64,000 nucleotides of DNA, taken from Candidatus Moraniibacteriota bacterium. Its GTDB lineage: Bacteria > Patescibacteriota > Minisyncoccia > Moranbacterales > UBA2206. Both the position numbers and the translations under genes were made by a program. Shown here in pieces: positions 1 through 10,416 of this stretch. Under the pieces are notes generated by a model. That model was not told the origin of the DNA. It saw nothing but the letters and a program-made list of their open reading frames with translations, and made no database searches. The stretch lies in contig DMWY01000001.1 in NCBI GenBank assembly GCA_003483065.1, positions 8,606 to 72,605 of the forward strand, written 5' to 3'. Numbering within the stretch: the first letter of the stretch is position 1; each line of letters begins with the position of its first letter.

Positions 1-201
1 GTCCTCACAAAGATCTAGTGTGGCTAATTTTTCTTCTACTTCTAACCAATTAGGGTTATCATATCGTCCATATCTGCCAACCTCTTCTTTTTTATCATGA
101 TATCGAATTACTTGCTCTGTATCTTCAAAAAAATAGGTAGCTGAAGTATGGATGGGATTGACTACATTATTATTAAAGTACGGTTTTCTTTTTTTGCTCA
201 T
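1..201 (-). CDS. Cys/Met metabolism PLP-dependent enzyme (cystathionine gamma-synthase/lyase family), N-terminal 67 aa, runs off the window
   Basis: Not in the ORF track. Translated by hand from ATG at 201: MSKKRKPYFNNNVVNPIHTSATYFFEDTEQVIRYHDKKEEVGRYGRYDNPNWLEVEEKLATLDLCED. Matches the family pattern PI.xsxtf...Y.R..NP....E.+A.L. Confidence 0.8.
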   Translation of the reverse strand, partial: MSKKRKPYFNNNVVNPIHTSATYFFEDTEQVIRYHDKKEEVGRYGRYDNPNWLEVEEKLATLDLCED

Positions 202-267
202 AATTAATTTATATTTTATATAATTAGCAGATTGTGTATTTTGGTAAAATAAACTAGCTTCATACAA

Positions 268-295
268 AGAATACCATATGATAATTTCGTGTCAA
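268..295 (-). promoter_or_regulatory. sigma70-like promoter for the minus-strand PLP gene
   Basis: TTGACA-N16-TATTCT with TG extension. Confidence 0.5.
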
Positions 296-317
296 TTTAT
301 TGTAGAGCCCATTTTAT

Positions 318-346
318 TTGACTAAATTTATTTTAAATTGTATTAT
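318..346 (+). promoter_or_regulatory. sigma70-like promoter for the cysteine synthase family gene
   Basis: TTGACT-N17-TATTAT. Confidence 0.55.
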
Positions 347-365
347 AAGTTAATCATTTTCAATT

Positions 366-442
366 AGGAGGAAAGAATATGAAAGAGGTCTTTAAAAATC
401 TAAATAAAGGAGAAAAGGATATGAAAAAAGTCTTCAAAAATC
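366..442 (+). repeat. 42-bp-period direct duplication of RBS plus start region
   Basis: aggaggaaagaatATGaaagaggtctttaaaaatc / aggagaaaaggatATGaaaaaagtcttcaaaaatc. Confidence 0.8.
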
Positions 443-1329
443 ACCAAGAGAGAGTTGGGAATACCCCAATTGTTAGATGGGGTATGTACAGAGATGTGGA
501 AATTTTTTTAAAGCTGGAGGGAACAAACCCGACCGGAAGTTTAAAAGACCGCTCTGCTTTGGCCATCATTAAAAACAAATTGGAAAACGGCGAACTCAAA
601 AAGGGGATGAGATTGCTGGATGCTTCAAGCGGAAGTTTTGCTTGCTCAATGGCATATTTTGGCAACCGGTTCGGATTCAAGTCAGTGGTTGTAGTGAACA
701 AAAAATTGACGAGAATCAATGACATGTTTCTTCAGGGACAGGAAGCGGAGATAATCCATTACGGTGATGTTACGGGTGATGGCTACAGACGTTGTCTGGA
801 AATGATTCAGGAATCTCCTGGAAAATATTGTTTCCTAGACCAATTGAACAACTGGGCAAGTCCACAGGCTCATTATGATTCAACCGCGCCTGAAATTATT
901 GAAGCAATGCCAGATGTCGATTTTATAGCGGCCAGTATGGGGTCAGGTGCCACATTATGTGGCATATCAACTTTTATAAATGAAAAAAAACCCGAAGTGA
1001 AGATTATTGCTTCGAATGGAAAAATGGGTGGCAAAAAAATCGCCGGTACATTTGTAGAAGGACCGGATTATATTACGCCTTTCATTAAATCTTTGCAGGA
1101 GAAAAAACTGATCGATTTCATTGGCTATGTTTCTTATGAGCAGGCTATAAATCATGTTAGGCAAGATTTGATGACAAAAGGATTCAATGTTGGTCCTCAG
1201 ACTGGTGGTGTGTTTGAAGCAGTCATTCAGGCAATCGATACACTTAATCTTAGGGGAAATCTTGTCATTATTTCTGGAGATCACTCTTGGAAGAATATGG
1301 ACAAGCTTTTTCCGGAAATGTTTTCTTAA
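379..1329 (+). CDS. PLP-dependent cysteine synthase family protein (fold type II), divergent; alternative start 421
   Basis: VGNTPIV, KLEGTNPTGSLKDR (PLP lysine), ASSGS, SMGSGAT. Confidence 0.85.
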   Translation: MKEVFKNLNKGEKDMKKVFKNHQERVGNTPIVRWGMYRDVEIFLKLEGTNPTGSLKDRSALAIIKNKLENGELKKGMRLLDASSGSFACSMAYFGNRFGFKSVVVVNKKLTRINDMFLQGQEAEIIHYGDVTGDGYRRCLEMIQESPGKYCFLDQLNNWASPQAHYDSTAPEIIEAMPDVDFIAASMGSGATLCGISTFINEKKPEVKIIASNGKMGGKKIAGTFVEGPDYITPFIKSLQEKKLIDFIGYVSYEQAINHVRQDLMTKGFNVGPQTGGVFEAVIQAIDTLNLRGNLVIISGDHSWKNMDKLFPEMFS

Positions 1330-1342
1330 TCTTCAAACAGAG

Positions 1343-1384
1343 CTTCCTCTTAACGAATTGTCGTTAGGAGGAAGTTTTATTTTT
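1343..1384 (+). terminator. intrinsic terminator
   Basis: cttcctcttaacga-attg-tcgttaggaggaag followed by a T-rich tail. Confidence 0.8.
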
Positions 1385-1471
1385 CGAGTGGGATTTACTT
1401 CGTATGTTTTAAATGTTAAAATAAAAGTGGTAATAACTAAAAAATAATAAGCTTTAAATAATAAAATACAA

Positions 1472-3052
1472 ATGAACGAATATATAAAGAGTGGTGCATA
1501 TAAATGGAAAGTATGCATTTCTTTAAATTATGACTCAAAGCCAATAGAGTGCTTTGGCCAAGCGCGTCTGGAAAAAAGACCTGACGGGACACTTATTACA
1601 GTTCCTAGTTTTCAAAATGGCGACAAGCACATTCTAGTTTCAATTGACATGCAAAAGCAAATTAAGGTTCATACCTTTTCAGTAAATATTCAGCGTTGTT
1701 ATGCTCGGATTGATGGAGATGATCTTATTTTGAGTAATATTGCGATAGATTTATTTAAAAAAAATGAAAAAATCAAAATAAGAGGAGAAGTTTTGTTGAG
1801 ACAAATTTCCAATTTAATTGTTCCATTAGATGATTTATTTGTGGATATTAAATTGTTAGATGCTTCATCGATTTATAAAATACAAGATGGCAAGATTGTT
1901 TTTGACGAATCAAAAATTAAATTTATTAAAAGTACTCCTTCTTCGATTCAGGAGTATGCATTCAATAGTTTTGAAAATATATGCAAAGGAGGAAAACCAC
2001 TAGCCGTGCTTCTTAGTGCAGGCATTGATTCTCGCCTAAATATTGCCTTAGCTTATCATTTTTCAAAAAAATACAAAAACAAAATCATAGCCTATCATGA
2101 GTACAAAGATAAAAAAGAATATGAAATTGCGAAGCAGGTAGCGGATAGTTTGAAAATTCCCTTTATATGTGTTTCAAGGGATATGTTTCGAGAAGATCCT
2201 CTAGAATATGTTTTATCTCCTGAATTTATAGATTTTCATGGAGGTATTTATAGGGATACTCTTGCTCGATGGTATAGCTATATGGATTTAATGCGATTCA
2301 ATGATCCAGACTGTATAATAATAGGAATGGGAGCTGACGCCCACAAAGGAAGATATTATAGGGATATACATAAATTACCGGAGGATGCCAACAGAATTAT
2401 GGGATACAAAATCCAAAAAAAGGACATTCAGAATGAAAAAGACTTTGTGTCGTATTTTTCGAATGAATTAATCGATGAATTTTTTTCGGATATTACTAAG
2501 CGGTCCTTAATTTTTAATAGTATTCATTCTAGGACTGATTTTATTTTTTATCATGTTCGTACAGTTAAACAATCTGCATCGCGAACCCCCTTTTTTCATA
2601 TGAATTATGGAGTTCAATTTCCGCTTAAGGATGATAATTTTTTATCCCAAGCTTTTAGTTTACCTATGAAAGATAAGATGGACGGAGCCATTCCTTTGCG
2701 CTTTATTCAAAAACTGAATCCAGAAATTGACAGTATTCCTTATAATAGTGGAAATAGAAAATGCTATAGAAGACAATATATTAATTTAATCAGGCATCGA
2801 ATTAAATGCGTGTTATCAAAATTCCCCAATACTGATCGCCGAAATGAAAAAATAGCATGGGATCATCCGATGGTTATGGATCGACTTGACGGAGCTTCTA
2901 GCGAAATAACCGCAAAGCTTGAAAAATTTATTAAAGAAAATTTAGGAAAGAAAAAACCAAACGGACAAATCAAACCAGAATGTGCTTTGAGAGTATATTT
3001 ATTCTTAAGGCAGGCCGAAAAAAAACTGGGGGTTGAATTTATTTGTAAATAA
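1472..3052 (+). CDS. asparagine-synthase-related ATP-pyrophosphatase/amide ligase without an N-terminal Cys
   Basis: LLSAGIDSR PP-loop and GMGAD motif; no MCGI N-terminus. Confidence 0.6.
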   Translation: MNEYIKSGAYKWKVCISLNYDSKPIECFGQARLEKRPDGTLITVPSFQNGDKHILVSIDMQKQIKVHTFSVNIQRCYARIDGDDLILSNIAIDLFKKNEKIKIRGEVLLRQISNLIVPLDDLFVDIKLLDASSIYKIQDGKIVFDESKIKFIKSTPSSIQEYAFNSFENICKGGKPLAVLLSAGIDSRLNIALAYHFSKKYKNKIIAYHEYKDKKEYEIAKQVADSLKIPFICVSRDMFREDPLEYVLSPEFIDFHGGIYRDTLARWYSYMDLMRFNDPDCIIIGMGADAHKGRYYRDIHKLPEDANRIMGYKIQKKDIQNEKDFVSYFSNELIDEFFSDITKRSLIFNSIHSRTDFIFYHVRTVKQSASRTPFFHMNYGVQFPLKDDNFLSQAFSLPMKDKMDGAIPLRFIQKLNPEIDSIPYNSGNRKCYRRQYINLIRHRIKCVLSKFPNTDRRNEKIAWDHPMVMDRLDGASSEITAKLEKFIKENLGKKKPNGQIKPECALRVYLFLRQAEKKLGVEFICK

Positions 3053-3061
3053 GATAATTTT

Positions 3062-4651
3062 ATGAAGCTATTGAATTTTCCAAAAAAAATTTATCACAAT
3101 ATTGTTGGATATAAATTAACAAATGATATTCAAAAATTTATCAATATAAACAAAAAATATTGGGGTGATTTTCATGGAGATTCAAAAAATGGATATGTTT
3201 TAATAACTGGTTTGAAAAATTCTGCCTCTAATTTTGTGTCGTCAGGAAGAGTCGCAAAATCAATCGAAGAGGAAACTGGTTGCTTACCAATCGTATTAGT
3301 GGATGCACTTAGCTTTTCTTCAAAATATTGGAAGAAAATATATGGATCATATAATATCGACAATTTTTTGTTTTACAGAAATTATCGGAGCAATATTTTT
3401 TTTATAGCTAAATCATTAGTTCTAACTGCAAAATTTTATTTCAAGCAAAAAAGCGTAAATGATTTGTTGAAATTGGAATTTGAAAATATCCGCATAGGAG
3501 ATTTGATATACGATACTATTTTGAGGTTTAATGTTGGATTGTATACAATAGATAAGGTTAAAATAACTTATTTTGGCGATATCTACTCAGCTTTTTTGCT
3601 GGTTATGATATATAAAAAAATATTTAAAAAATATAACATAAAATATATATGTCCAGATCTTTCTGTTTTCATAAGAGGAGGTATTCCACTGAGAATTGCA
3701 GATAAAAATGGTGCGACTGTGATATTGGCTAGTAGAAGAACAATGAAGAGTTATGAAGGATTGGATATTTTCGAAGGAAAACATCGGCCAAGAATGGCAG
3801 AGGTTAATGCTCTTAGGAAAAATACAAATTTGTATAATGATATCGATGGATATTTCGAAAATCGTTTTTCCGGTAATGTCAATGAAATGGATGTTCTAAA
3901 ATCCTATAAAGGAAAAATTGAGTACAATAAAGAATCCTTTTGTAAATACTTAAATTTGGATGAAAATAAACCGATAGTTTTCATAATGCCACACGCTTTT
4001 TCTGATGGACCTCATCATACTCCTATGCATAAGCTATTATTTAGAGATTTTTATGTTTGGCTGGTGGAAACTTTAAAATGCGTTTCTCGTATAAATGATG
4101 TTAACTGGGTTATTAAACCGCATCCAATGTCTTTCAAATATAGAGAAGAAGGAGAAGTGGAAAAATTAGTCAAATTATATGGCAAGAACAACATCCATAT
4201 TGTTCCTGAAGATTTTAACACAAAAAGCATAAAGAATATAGCGGATGTTTTGGTTACTGTACAAGGGAAATCTGGATTAGAATTCAGTTGCTTTGGCATT
4301 CCTGCTATTATTACATCACAAGCATCTTATAGCGGATTTGGATTCACGATTGAGCCAAAAACAGTTAACGAATATTTTGATTTGCTAAAAAATATACCTT
4401 CTATACAAAAATTAAATGAAGACCAAGTAAAAAGCGCAAAAGTTTTATCGGCGATAATGTTTCTTTATTCGCGTACTGACGACCCACTGTTTCCTAAGGG
4501 AGAAGATATTTTATATTTCAGATATAATGAGAAAGCAAGATGGAAACAGAATTGTTTACTTATGGAAAAATATAATAGATCCAAGGATGAATTTTACTTA
4601 AGAGTAAAGGATCTTATAAATTTAAATCTATATAAAAAATATCTAAACTGA
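3062..4651 (+). CDS. capsule/surface polysaccharide biosynthesis protein (GT-B-like)
   Basis: IKPHP and DVLVTVQGKSGLEFSCFGIP motifs. Confidence 0.6.
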   Translation: MKLLNFPKKIYHNIVGYKLTNDIQKFININKKYWGDFHGDSKNGYVLITGLKNSASNFVSSGRVAKSIEEETGCLPIVLVDALSFSSKYWKKIYGSYNIDNFLFYRNYRSNIFFIAKSLVLTAKFYFKQKSVNDLLKLEFENIRIGDLIYDTILRFNVGLYTIDKVKITYFGDIYSAFLLVMIYKKIFKKYNIKYICPDLSVFIRGGIPLRIADKNGATVILASRRTMKSYEGLDIFEGKHRPRMAEVNALRKNTNLYNDIDGYFENRFSGNVNEMDVLKSYKGKIEYNKESFCKYLNLDENKPIVFIMPHAFSDGPHHTPMHKLLFRDFYVWLVETLKCVSRINDVNWVIKPHPMSFKYREEGEVEKLVKLYGKNNIHIVPEDFNTKSIKNIADVLVTVQGKSGLEFSCFGIPAIITSQASYSGFGFTIEPKTVNEYFDLLKNIPSIQKLNEDQVKSAKVLSAIMFLYSRTDDPLFPKGEDILYFRYNEKARWKQNCLLMEKYNRSKDEFYLRVKDLINLNLYKKYLN

Positions 4652-5649
4652 TGAAAAAAACAAAAATCTTTTTTGCGTATAAGCATACGGATAATCCATG
4701 GGGCGGAGCGAATAATTTTATCCGGGCATTATATAATGAAATAAAAATCAATCCTGAATTTGATGTGCATCATAACATCAACTTAAAAAGTGACATTATT
4801 TTTTTTAGTCAATTATCTTGTGGGCCAGGGAATGTTTTATTTGGTAGTAAAAAACGCTATCGTTTTTCGGATATAAAAAAATTGAAAAATAAAAGTAAGG
4901 CCAAGCTAGTCGTTAGAGCAGTCAATCTCAATATAAATTCTCATCCTCCCAAGAGTCTGGGATCAATACTGGCGTATATAAGAACTGGTTTATGGTTGGA
5001 TATTGAAACAATAAAACTGGTTAATTTAGCTGATTTTGTTATTTTCCAAAGTGAATTTCAAAAAGAATTTTTCAAGAGATGGGGATACAAAGGAAAAAAT
5101 AATACAGTTATTCATAATGGAGCACCATTAATTTTTAAAAATAATAATTTTTTTGTTAAAGAAGTTAATAATCCATTGAAACTTGTGTCAAATTCAAATT
5201 ACAAGGAATTCAAAAAACATGACATAATTGCCAAGATATCTCTACTAAAAGAAGTAAGTGTAATTCATGTTGGGACTTGGTCTGATAAAATAAAAAATCA
5301 CAAAGTTGATATTAGAGGAACCTTAAGTCACGAAGAAATTGTGGAAATATATAAAAATTCAGACTATCTTTTGCATCCTGCCTTAAGTGATCCATGTCCA
5401 AATTCGGTTATCGAGGCTTTGTATTTTGGTTTGCCGGTTATTTATAATAACAGAAAAGGAAGTAGTCAAGAATTGGTCAAGGGTAACGGAATTTCACTTG
5501 ATGAAAATAACCTAGAAAAAACAATTCGAATTGCAAAGAATAATTTTACAGCATTAAAACAAAAACTTTCCAGTGCTCGTGACTATTATTCAATAAAGAG
5601 AGGAGTTTCTATGTATGCGGAAGTGTTTAATAAATTTAAAAATGAATAA
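4651..5649 (+). CDS. glycosyltransferase family 4
   Basis: VIHNGA; DPCPNSVIEALYFGLPVI. Confidence 0.85.
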   Translation: MKKTKIFFAYKHTDNPWGGANNFIRALYNEIKINPEFDVHHNINLKSDIIFFSQLSCGPGNVLFGSKKRYRFSDIKKLKNKSKAKLVVRAVNLNINSHPPKSLGSILAYIRTGLWLDIETIKLVNLADFVIFQSEFQKEFFKRWGYKGKNNTVIHNGAPLIFKNNNFFVKEVNNPLKLVSNSNYKEFKKHDIIAKISLLKEVSVIHVGTWSDKIKNHKVDIRGTLSHEEIVEIYKNSDYLLHPALSDPCPNSVIEALYFGLPVIYNNRKGSSQELVKGNGISLDENNLEKTIRIAKNNFTALKQKLSSARDYYSIKRGVSMYAEVFNKFKNE

Positions 5650-5651
5650 TT

Positions 5652-6602
5652 ATGGAAGATGCAAAAAAAGAGAATATTTTTAGTAGTATTAACTGTCCAG
5701 TCTGCAAAAATAATAAGTTTAAAATTGTTATTGAATTAACACCAGATCAATTTCTAAACAAAGAAAGAAAAGAGTATTATAATTTAAAAGTGCTGGGAGT
5801 TGATGATAATACAAAATTTTTTATAAAAAAATGCAAAAAATGCGGATTTGTATTTGTTAATCCTAGGTTAAGAAGCGATCTTTATTCAGTAGTTTATAAC
5901 GAAGCTAAAGTTAGTCAAAATGAGGTTAAAAACTGGGAATTTAAAGAAGATGATCTGGGTAATTTATATAATTTATATAGTAAATATAGAGAAATATTTC
6001 CATTTCTAAGCGCCCTGCAGTTTTTCAGGGAATATTTTAAAAAAGCAAAAAATGATGGCTATAAACAGCTGAGATTATTGGATTATGGATGTGGACAAGG
6101 GCATATCTTGGATTTATGCAAAGTTTTTGGAATTGATGGAATTGGAGTGGATATTGATTCTTTTAGATTGAATTATTGTAAACAAAAAGATTTAAATGTC
6201 ATGCTTCCCTCAGAATTGCCAAGTTCGGAGAAATTTCATATTATCATTTCTGATGCTGTTATTGAGCATATTGATGATTTAGACGCATATTTCAAATATG
6301 CGAGCGAAAGACTTTCAAAAAATGGGATTTTTTATCTTACTGGATTAACCCCCAGCATTATAAGAATTGAAAAGAGGGATGGTTGTTATAAGCGGGTAAT
6401 GCCCTTAGAGCATATAAATTATTTTACTCGCAAAAACCTATTAAGATTAGCAGGTAGGTATGAATTTAAGGAAGCTAAAAGAAGCATAGGAGTTTTTGCC
6501 ACAAAAAACATTATGCAATACAGCTATCCCATCTTAAAGAAGTTTATATTCAGAGGGTTTTATCCAACTGGATATTTTGAAATAACACTAATAAAAAAAT
6601 AA
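5652..6602 (+). CDS. class I SAM methyltransferase with N-terminal CxxC...CxxC
   Basis: CPVC/CKKC, LLDYGCGQG, VIEHI. Confidence 0.85.
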   Translation: MEDAKKENIFSSINCPVCKNNKFKIVIELTPDQFLNKERKEYYNLKVLGVDDNTKFFIKKCKKCGFVFVNPRLRSDLYSVVYNEAKVSQNEVKNWEFKEDDLGNLYNLYSKYREIFPFLSALQFFREYFKKAKNDGYKQLRLLDYGCGQGHILDLCKVFGIDGIGVDIDSFRLNYCKQKDLNVMLPSELPSSEKFHIIISDAVIEHIDDLDAYFKYASERLSKNGIFYLTGLTPSIIRIEKRDGCYKRVMPLEHINYFTRKNLLRLAGRYEFKEAKRSIGVFATKNIMQYSYPILKKFIFRGFYPTGYFEITLIKK

Positions 6603-6606
6603 TAAA

Positions 6607-7983
6607 ATGAGAAGAAATGATCCATGGTTATATATACCAATTGAAACAAAGGCGCGTGATCTTTATGGGAAAACACTTCTAGCTTCTTTTGTCGCCATAA
6701 ATGGATTTAATGTTGTGCTTGGTTCCAAAAAAGATATTAACTCTAGGAGTCTATTTTTTCCAAAGGGAATTATTTTTAATGTCGGCTTGGCAAGGAATTT
6801 ATCCAATAATTCTAAAAGATTCAAAAAGGAAGGTCACAAGGTAGTGGTTATGGATGAGGAAGGTCTTGTTACATTGAGAGACGATATCTATCTTCATCAG
6901 CGAGTTTCCAAAGAAGGACTGGAAAATGCTGATTTATTTTTTTGTTGGGGAGAGAGGCAGGCTTGTATAGTTGAAGAAAAAGCCAGAAAAATGAACTGCA
7001 AAATATCTATCACAGGCAATCCTCGTTTTGATATGCTAAGAAAGGAATATAGAGTTATTTTTAATAAGGATGTTGAAGAAATTAAAAAAAAATACGGAAA
7101 ATTTATTTTGGTAAATACGAATTTCGGACGCGGAAATCATTTTGCTGGGGATAATTTTTTGCTAGATTCCTTGAAAGAAAAAGGATGGATGAATAATCCA
7201 GATGATAAAAAATATATTCTTGCTAATGTTGATTGGCAAAAGAAAATGTTTAAGGAATTTCAACAGATTATTTCAGAAATAGCTGAAAAATTTAAAGAGT
7301 ATAATATTATCATTCGGCCTCATCCTTCGGAGAAATATGAAATATGGGAAAAAATAGCTCAAACTTTTCCTAATGTTTTTGTCGTTCATTCTAGCAACGC
7401 CGTGCCTTGGATAATGGCGACCGATATACTGATACATAATGGCTGTACTACGGCAGTAGAAGCTTTTGTTCTAGGAACTGAAGCAGTAACATATCGTCCT
7501 TTTATCATTAAAGAACAAGAAACTGAATTTCCCAATAAAATTAGCTGGGAAGCGTTCAATTCAAAAGAGCTGATGGAGATAATTGAAAAAAAAATTAATA
7601 ACCCCATTATTAATGTTGAAGATCATAATATCAAGAAGAGATATTTAGACAATTTTATTTCTGGTGTAGAAGGAAAAATGGCTTCAGAACAGATTTCTTT
7701 TTATCTTAAGTCAATAGCGCAACCTAATCATAAAAAAATGAACATCCCTTTAATATTGTTATTTGATATCTATGAGCGAGTTATATTGATGCTAAAAAGG
7801 ATTGTATCTGGAAAAAATAGGGGCAGTGTTTCATTAGCTTATCAATTGCACAAAAATCCTGGCTTAGTGAAAAAGGATTTTCAGGATTTTATTGAAAAAA
7901 TATCCAGAATCGATAAAAAATTCGCTAATTTGAAAGTAAAAAGAATTGGATTGAGTTGCTATCAAATTTATGAAAATAAATAG
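6607..7983 (+). CDS. surface carbohydrate biosynthesis protein (TIGR04396-like, GT-B)
   Basis: YIPIETKARD, MDEEG, ITGNPRFD, IRPHPSE, GCTTAVEA. Confidence 0.75.
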   Translation: MRRNDPWLYIPIETKARDLYGKTLLASFVAINGFNVVLGSKKDINSRSLFFPKGIIFNVGLARNLSNNSKRFKKEGHKVVVMDEEGLVTLRDDIYLHQRVSKEGLENADLFFCWGERQACIVEEKARKMNCKISITGNPRFDMLRKEYRVIFNKDVEEIKKKYGKFILVNTNFGRGNHFAGDNFLLDSLKEKGWMNNPDDKKYILANVDWQKKMFKEFQQIISEIAEKFKEYNIIIRPHPSEKYEIWEKIAQTFPNVFVVHSSNAVPWIMATDILIHNGCTTAVEAFVLGTEAVTYRPFIIKEQETEFPNKISWEAFNSKELMEIIEKKINNPIINVEDHNIKKRYLDNFISGVEGKMASEQISFYLKSIAQPNHKKMNIPLILLFDIYERVILMLKRIVSGKNRGSVSLAYQLHKNPGLVKKDFQDFIEKISRIDKKFANLKVKRIGLSCYQIYENK

Positions 7984-9250
7984 TTTTATTTTGAGAATAA
8001 TAAGGTTGTTTGATGCTTTTTCCCCAAAAATTTTGGTAAGTTTCAGGATAAAAATTTTTCAGTTAGTGGGAAATCCTTTTTTTTCTCAAATTATTTCAAA
8101 TGATGAAATAATTAATTTTGGTGAAAAAAATAAGCATATTTTTTTTGGTTATTACGATGTGACTCCTTTTAATGATAGCGATAAATCATTATTAGTTATG
8201 CAGGCGTCACTTATGAATAGGGCTCCAAAAGAGAATGATTATGCTGAAATTGGTTATTATCATATTAACGAATTAAACCGAAGTTTTGTTTTTTTGGGAA
8301 AAACAAATACTTGGTGTTGGCAACAAGGATGTAGATTGCAATGGTATGGCGGAGGAAAAAATCAGATTATTTATAATTGCCTAGTTGATGGAGAATATGG
8401 ATCAATGATAAAAGAAATTTCTAGCGGAAATATAATAAAAAAAATAAATAAGTCGCTATATGCAATAAGCAAGGATGGAGAATGGGGGATTTCTTTGGAT
8501 TTTTCTCGTCTCCAGCGTCTCAGGCCGGGATATGGGTATGGAACCTTGCCAGACAAAAGCATTGGTGACCCATGTCCAGATTATAATGGCATAGAATTAG
8601 TTAATTTGAAAACAAATGAATCGCACCAGCTTTTTTCACTGAAAGAAATTTCCAAGATAGAACCGCACAATTCTATGAATGGAGCCCAGCATTATTTTAA
8701 CCATTTAATGTTTAATCCTTCTGGGAATAGATTTCTTTTTTTTCATTTATGGATGGATAAAAATAAAAAAAGATATTCAAGGCTGTTTGTAGCTGATAAG
8801 AATGGAGAAAATATAAAACTATTAAACAATAGTGGATCTATTTCCCATTATAATTGGATTTCAGAAGATGAAATAATTCTATACAGTTTAATAAAAGAAA
8901 AAAAAGAATATGCGTATGCTATTTTCGACAGTCGAAATGGTGGAATTAAATATTTTGGAAAAAATATTCCCAAAAGTGATGGGCATCCAACTTTATTGAA
9001 AAATAGTAAAATCATTATTACTGATACTTATCCTGATTTATTTTCGCAAAGAAAGCTACTCGCTTATAAAACAAAGGAAGATGAAACTAAGATTCTAGCG
9101 AGATTTGATAGTCCAAAAAATTTCGCAGGAGAATTTAGATGTGATTTGCATCCAAGAATCAGCAATAATGGGAAAATTATATGTGTCGACAGAATTATTG
9201 ATGGAAAAAGAAATATTTCCCTGATGCCATTTGATGCTAAATTATTGTAG
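7970..9250 (+). CDS. beta-propeller protein, oligogalacturonate-lyase-like, of polysaccharide loci
   Basis: FFGYYD, WCWQQG, YFNH, SHYNW, DGHP, DTYPD, RCDLHPR. Confidence 0.6.
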   Translation: MKINSFILRIIRLFDAFSPKILVSFRIKIFQLVGNPFFSQIISNDEIINFGEKNKHIFFGYYDVTPFNDSDKSLLVMQASLMNRAPKENDYAEIGYYHINELNRSFVFLGKTNTWCWQQGCRLQWYGGGKNQIIYNCLVDGEYGSMIKEISSGNIIKKINKSLYAISKDGEWGISLDFSRLQRLRPGYGYGTLPDKSIGDPCPDYNGIELVNLKTNESHQLFSLKEISKIEPHNSMNGAQHYFNHLMFNPSGNRFLFFHLWMDKNKKRYSRLFVADKNGENIKLLNNSGSISHYNWISEDEIILYSLIKEKKEYAYAIFDSRNGGIKYFGKNIPKSDGHPTLLKNSKIIITDTYPDLFSQRKLLAYKTKEDETKILARFDSPKNFAGEFRCDLHPRISNNGKIICVDRIIDGKRNISLMPFDAKLL

Positions 9251-9256
9251 TCTTTT

Positions 9257-10342
9257 TTAATTTTTCATTAATAGAATTATTTTTCGTGCTCTTTCTTTCC
9301 AAGTATATTTTTTAGATTTTTCAAAAGCTTTTAAGGTTTTAAGATTTACAATATCCTTATTTTTGATTATTTCTTTTATTTTTGAGGCAATATCAGCACT
9401 GTTTTCGCTTTCATAAAAATAAACTTCGCTTTCATCAAGAACTTCTCTTATTCTTGGAAAATCGGCGACAATTATCGATCGCTTCGTTGCCATATATTCA
9501 AAAATTTTCAAAGGAGACATATAATTAATCGTAGGAACTTTTTTAGTGTAGCCTGCGAATAGAATATCGGCGGCTTTATAAACCAGAGCTGGATTATCGG
9601 TATAGCCCTTGAATAATAAATTAGACATTTCAGTGGTTGCTTTTCGAATATATTCTTGATCTTTTCCGAAGATAACAAAACAAATCCCAGGCATTTTTTT
9701 TGCAGTTTCGATTAGTGTTGGAATATCTCGATCTTCTTTGGTTGATCCAACATAAGTAACAATGATTTTTTCTGGCGGTAAATCTATTTTTTTTCGGGCA
9801 TCTTCTTTGAATATAGGGATATCAAATTCAGATAGATTTACGCCGTCTTGCAATATTTTGAAATTATTTTGGTCCAAGCCAAGTTTTATGAGTCCATCCT
9901 TAAGTCCTTGGCTTATTAAAATAACATGGTCAAGTTTTGAGGAAAATCTTTTGTGTATCCATTTCCACCAGCATCTTTCTGGGACATCATGCATTTCATA
10001 AAACACCTTTTTATTTTTGAAAAATAATTTTACCAAAAGTGCAAAAGTAATGTCTCTGGTATATATATATTCAAAGATTCTATATTTTATTATAAATAAA
10101 AAAAATAACACAATATCATCAAACACAAAAAATCCAATTTTTTGTTTTAGAAATATTGTTTGAAAATTGTTTTTTATCTTGTATTTCTCTTTTATTTTTT
10201 CTGGATTTTTACTAAAAGCTAATAGAGTTGTTTTGTAGCCATTTTCTTGAAATGCTTGGCACATCTTAACAACTTGGACTCGATTGGCTTGATCAATATC
10301 AAAATCAGCGTTTCTGGCATATAGAATTTTGTAGTTACTCAT
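9257..10342 (-). CDS. glycosyltransferase family 4
   Basis: ANRVQVVKMC, MSPLKIFEYMA. Confidence 0.9.
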   Translation of the reverse strand: MSNYKILYARNADFDIDQANRVQVVKMCQAFQENGYKTTLLAFSKNPEKIKEKYKIKNNFQTIFLKQKIGFFVFDDIVLFFLFIIKYRIFEYIYTRDITFALLVKLFFKNKKVFYEMHDVPERCWWKWIHKRFSSKLDHVILISQGLKDGLIKLGLDQNNFKILQDGVNLSEFDIPIFKEDARKKIDLPPEKIIVTYVGSTKEDRDIPTLIETAKKMPGICFVIFGKDQEYIRKATTEMSNLLFKGYTDNPALVYKAADILFAGYTKKVPTINYMSPLKIFEYMATKRSIIVADFPRIREVLDESEVYFYESENSADIASKIKEIIKNKDIVNLKTLKAFEKSKKYTWKERARKIILLMKN

Positions 10343-10416
10343 AATTGTTATTTGAGAATAATTTTAAATAGTGCTAATATTGTTATATTACCATAAATAA
10401 AATAATTGTTAAATCT

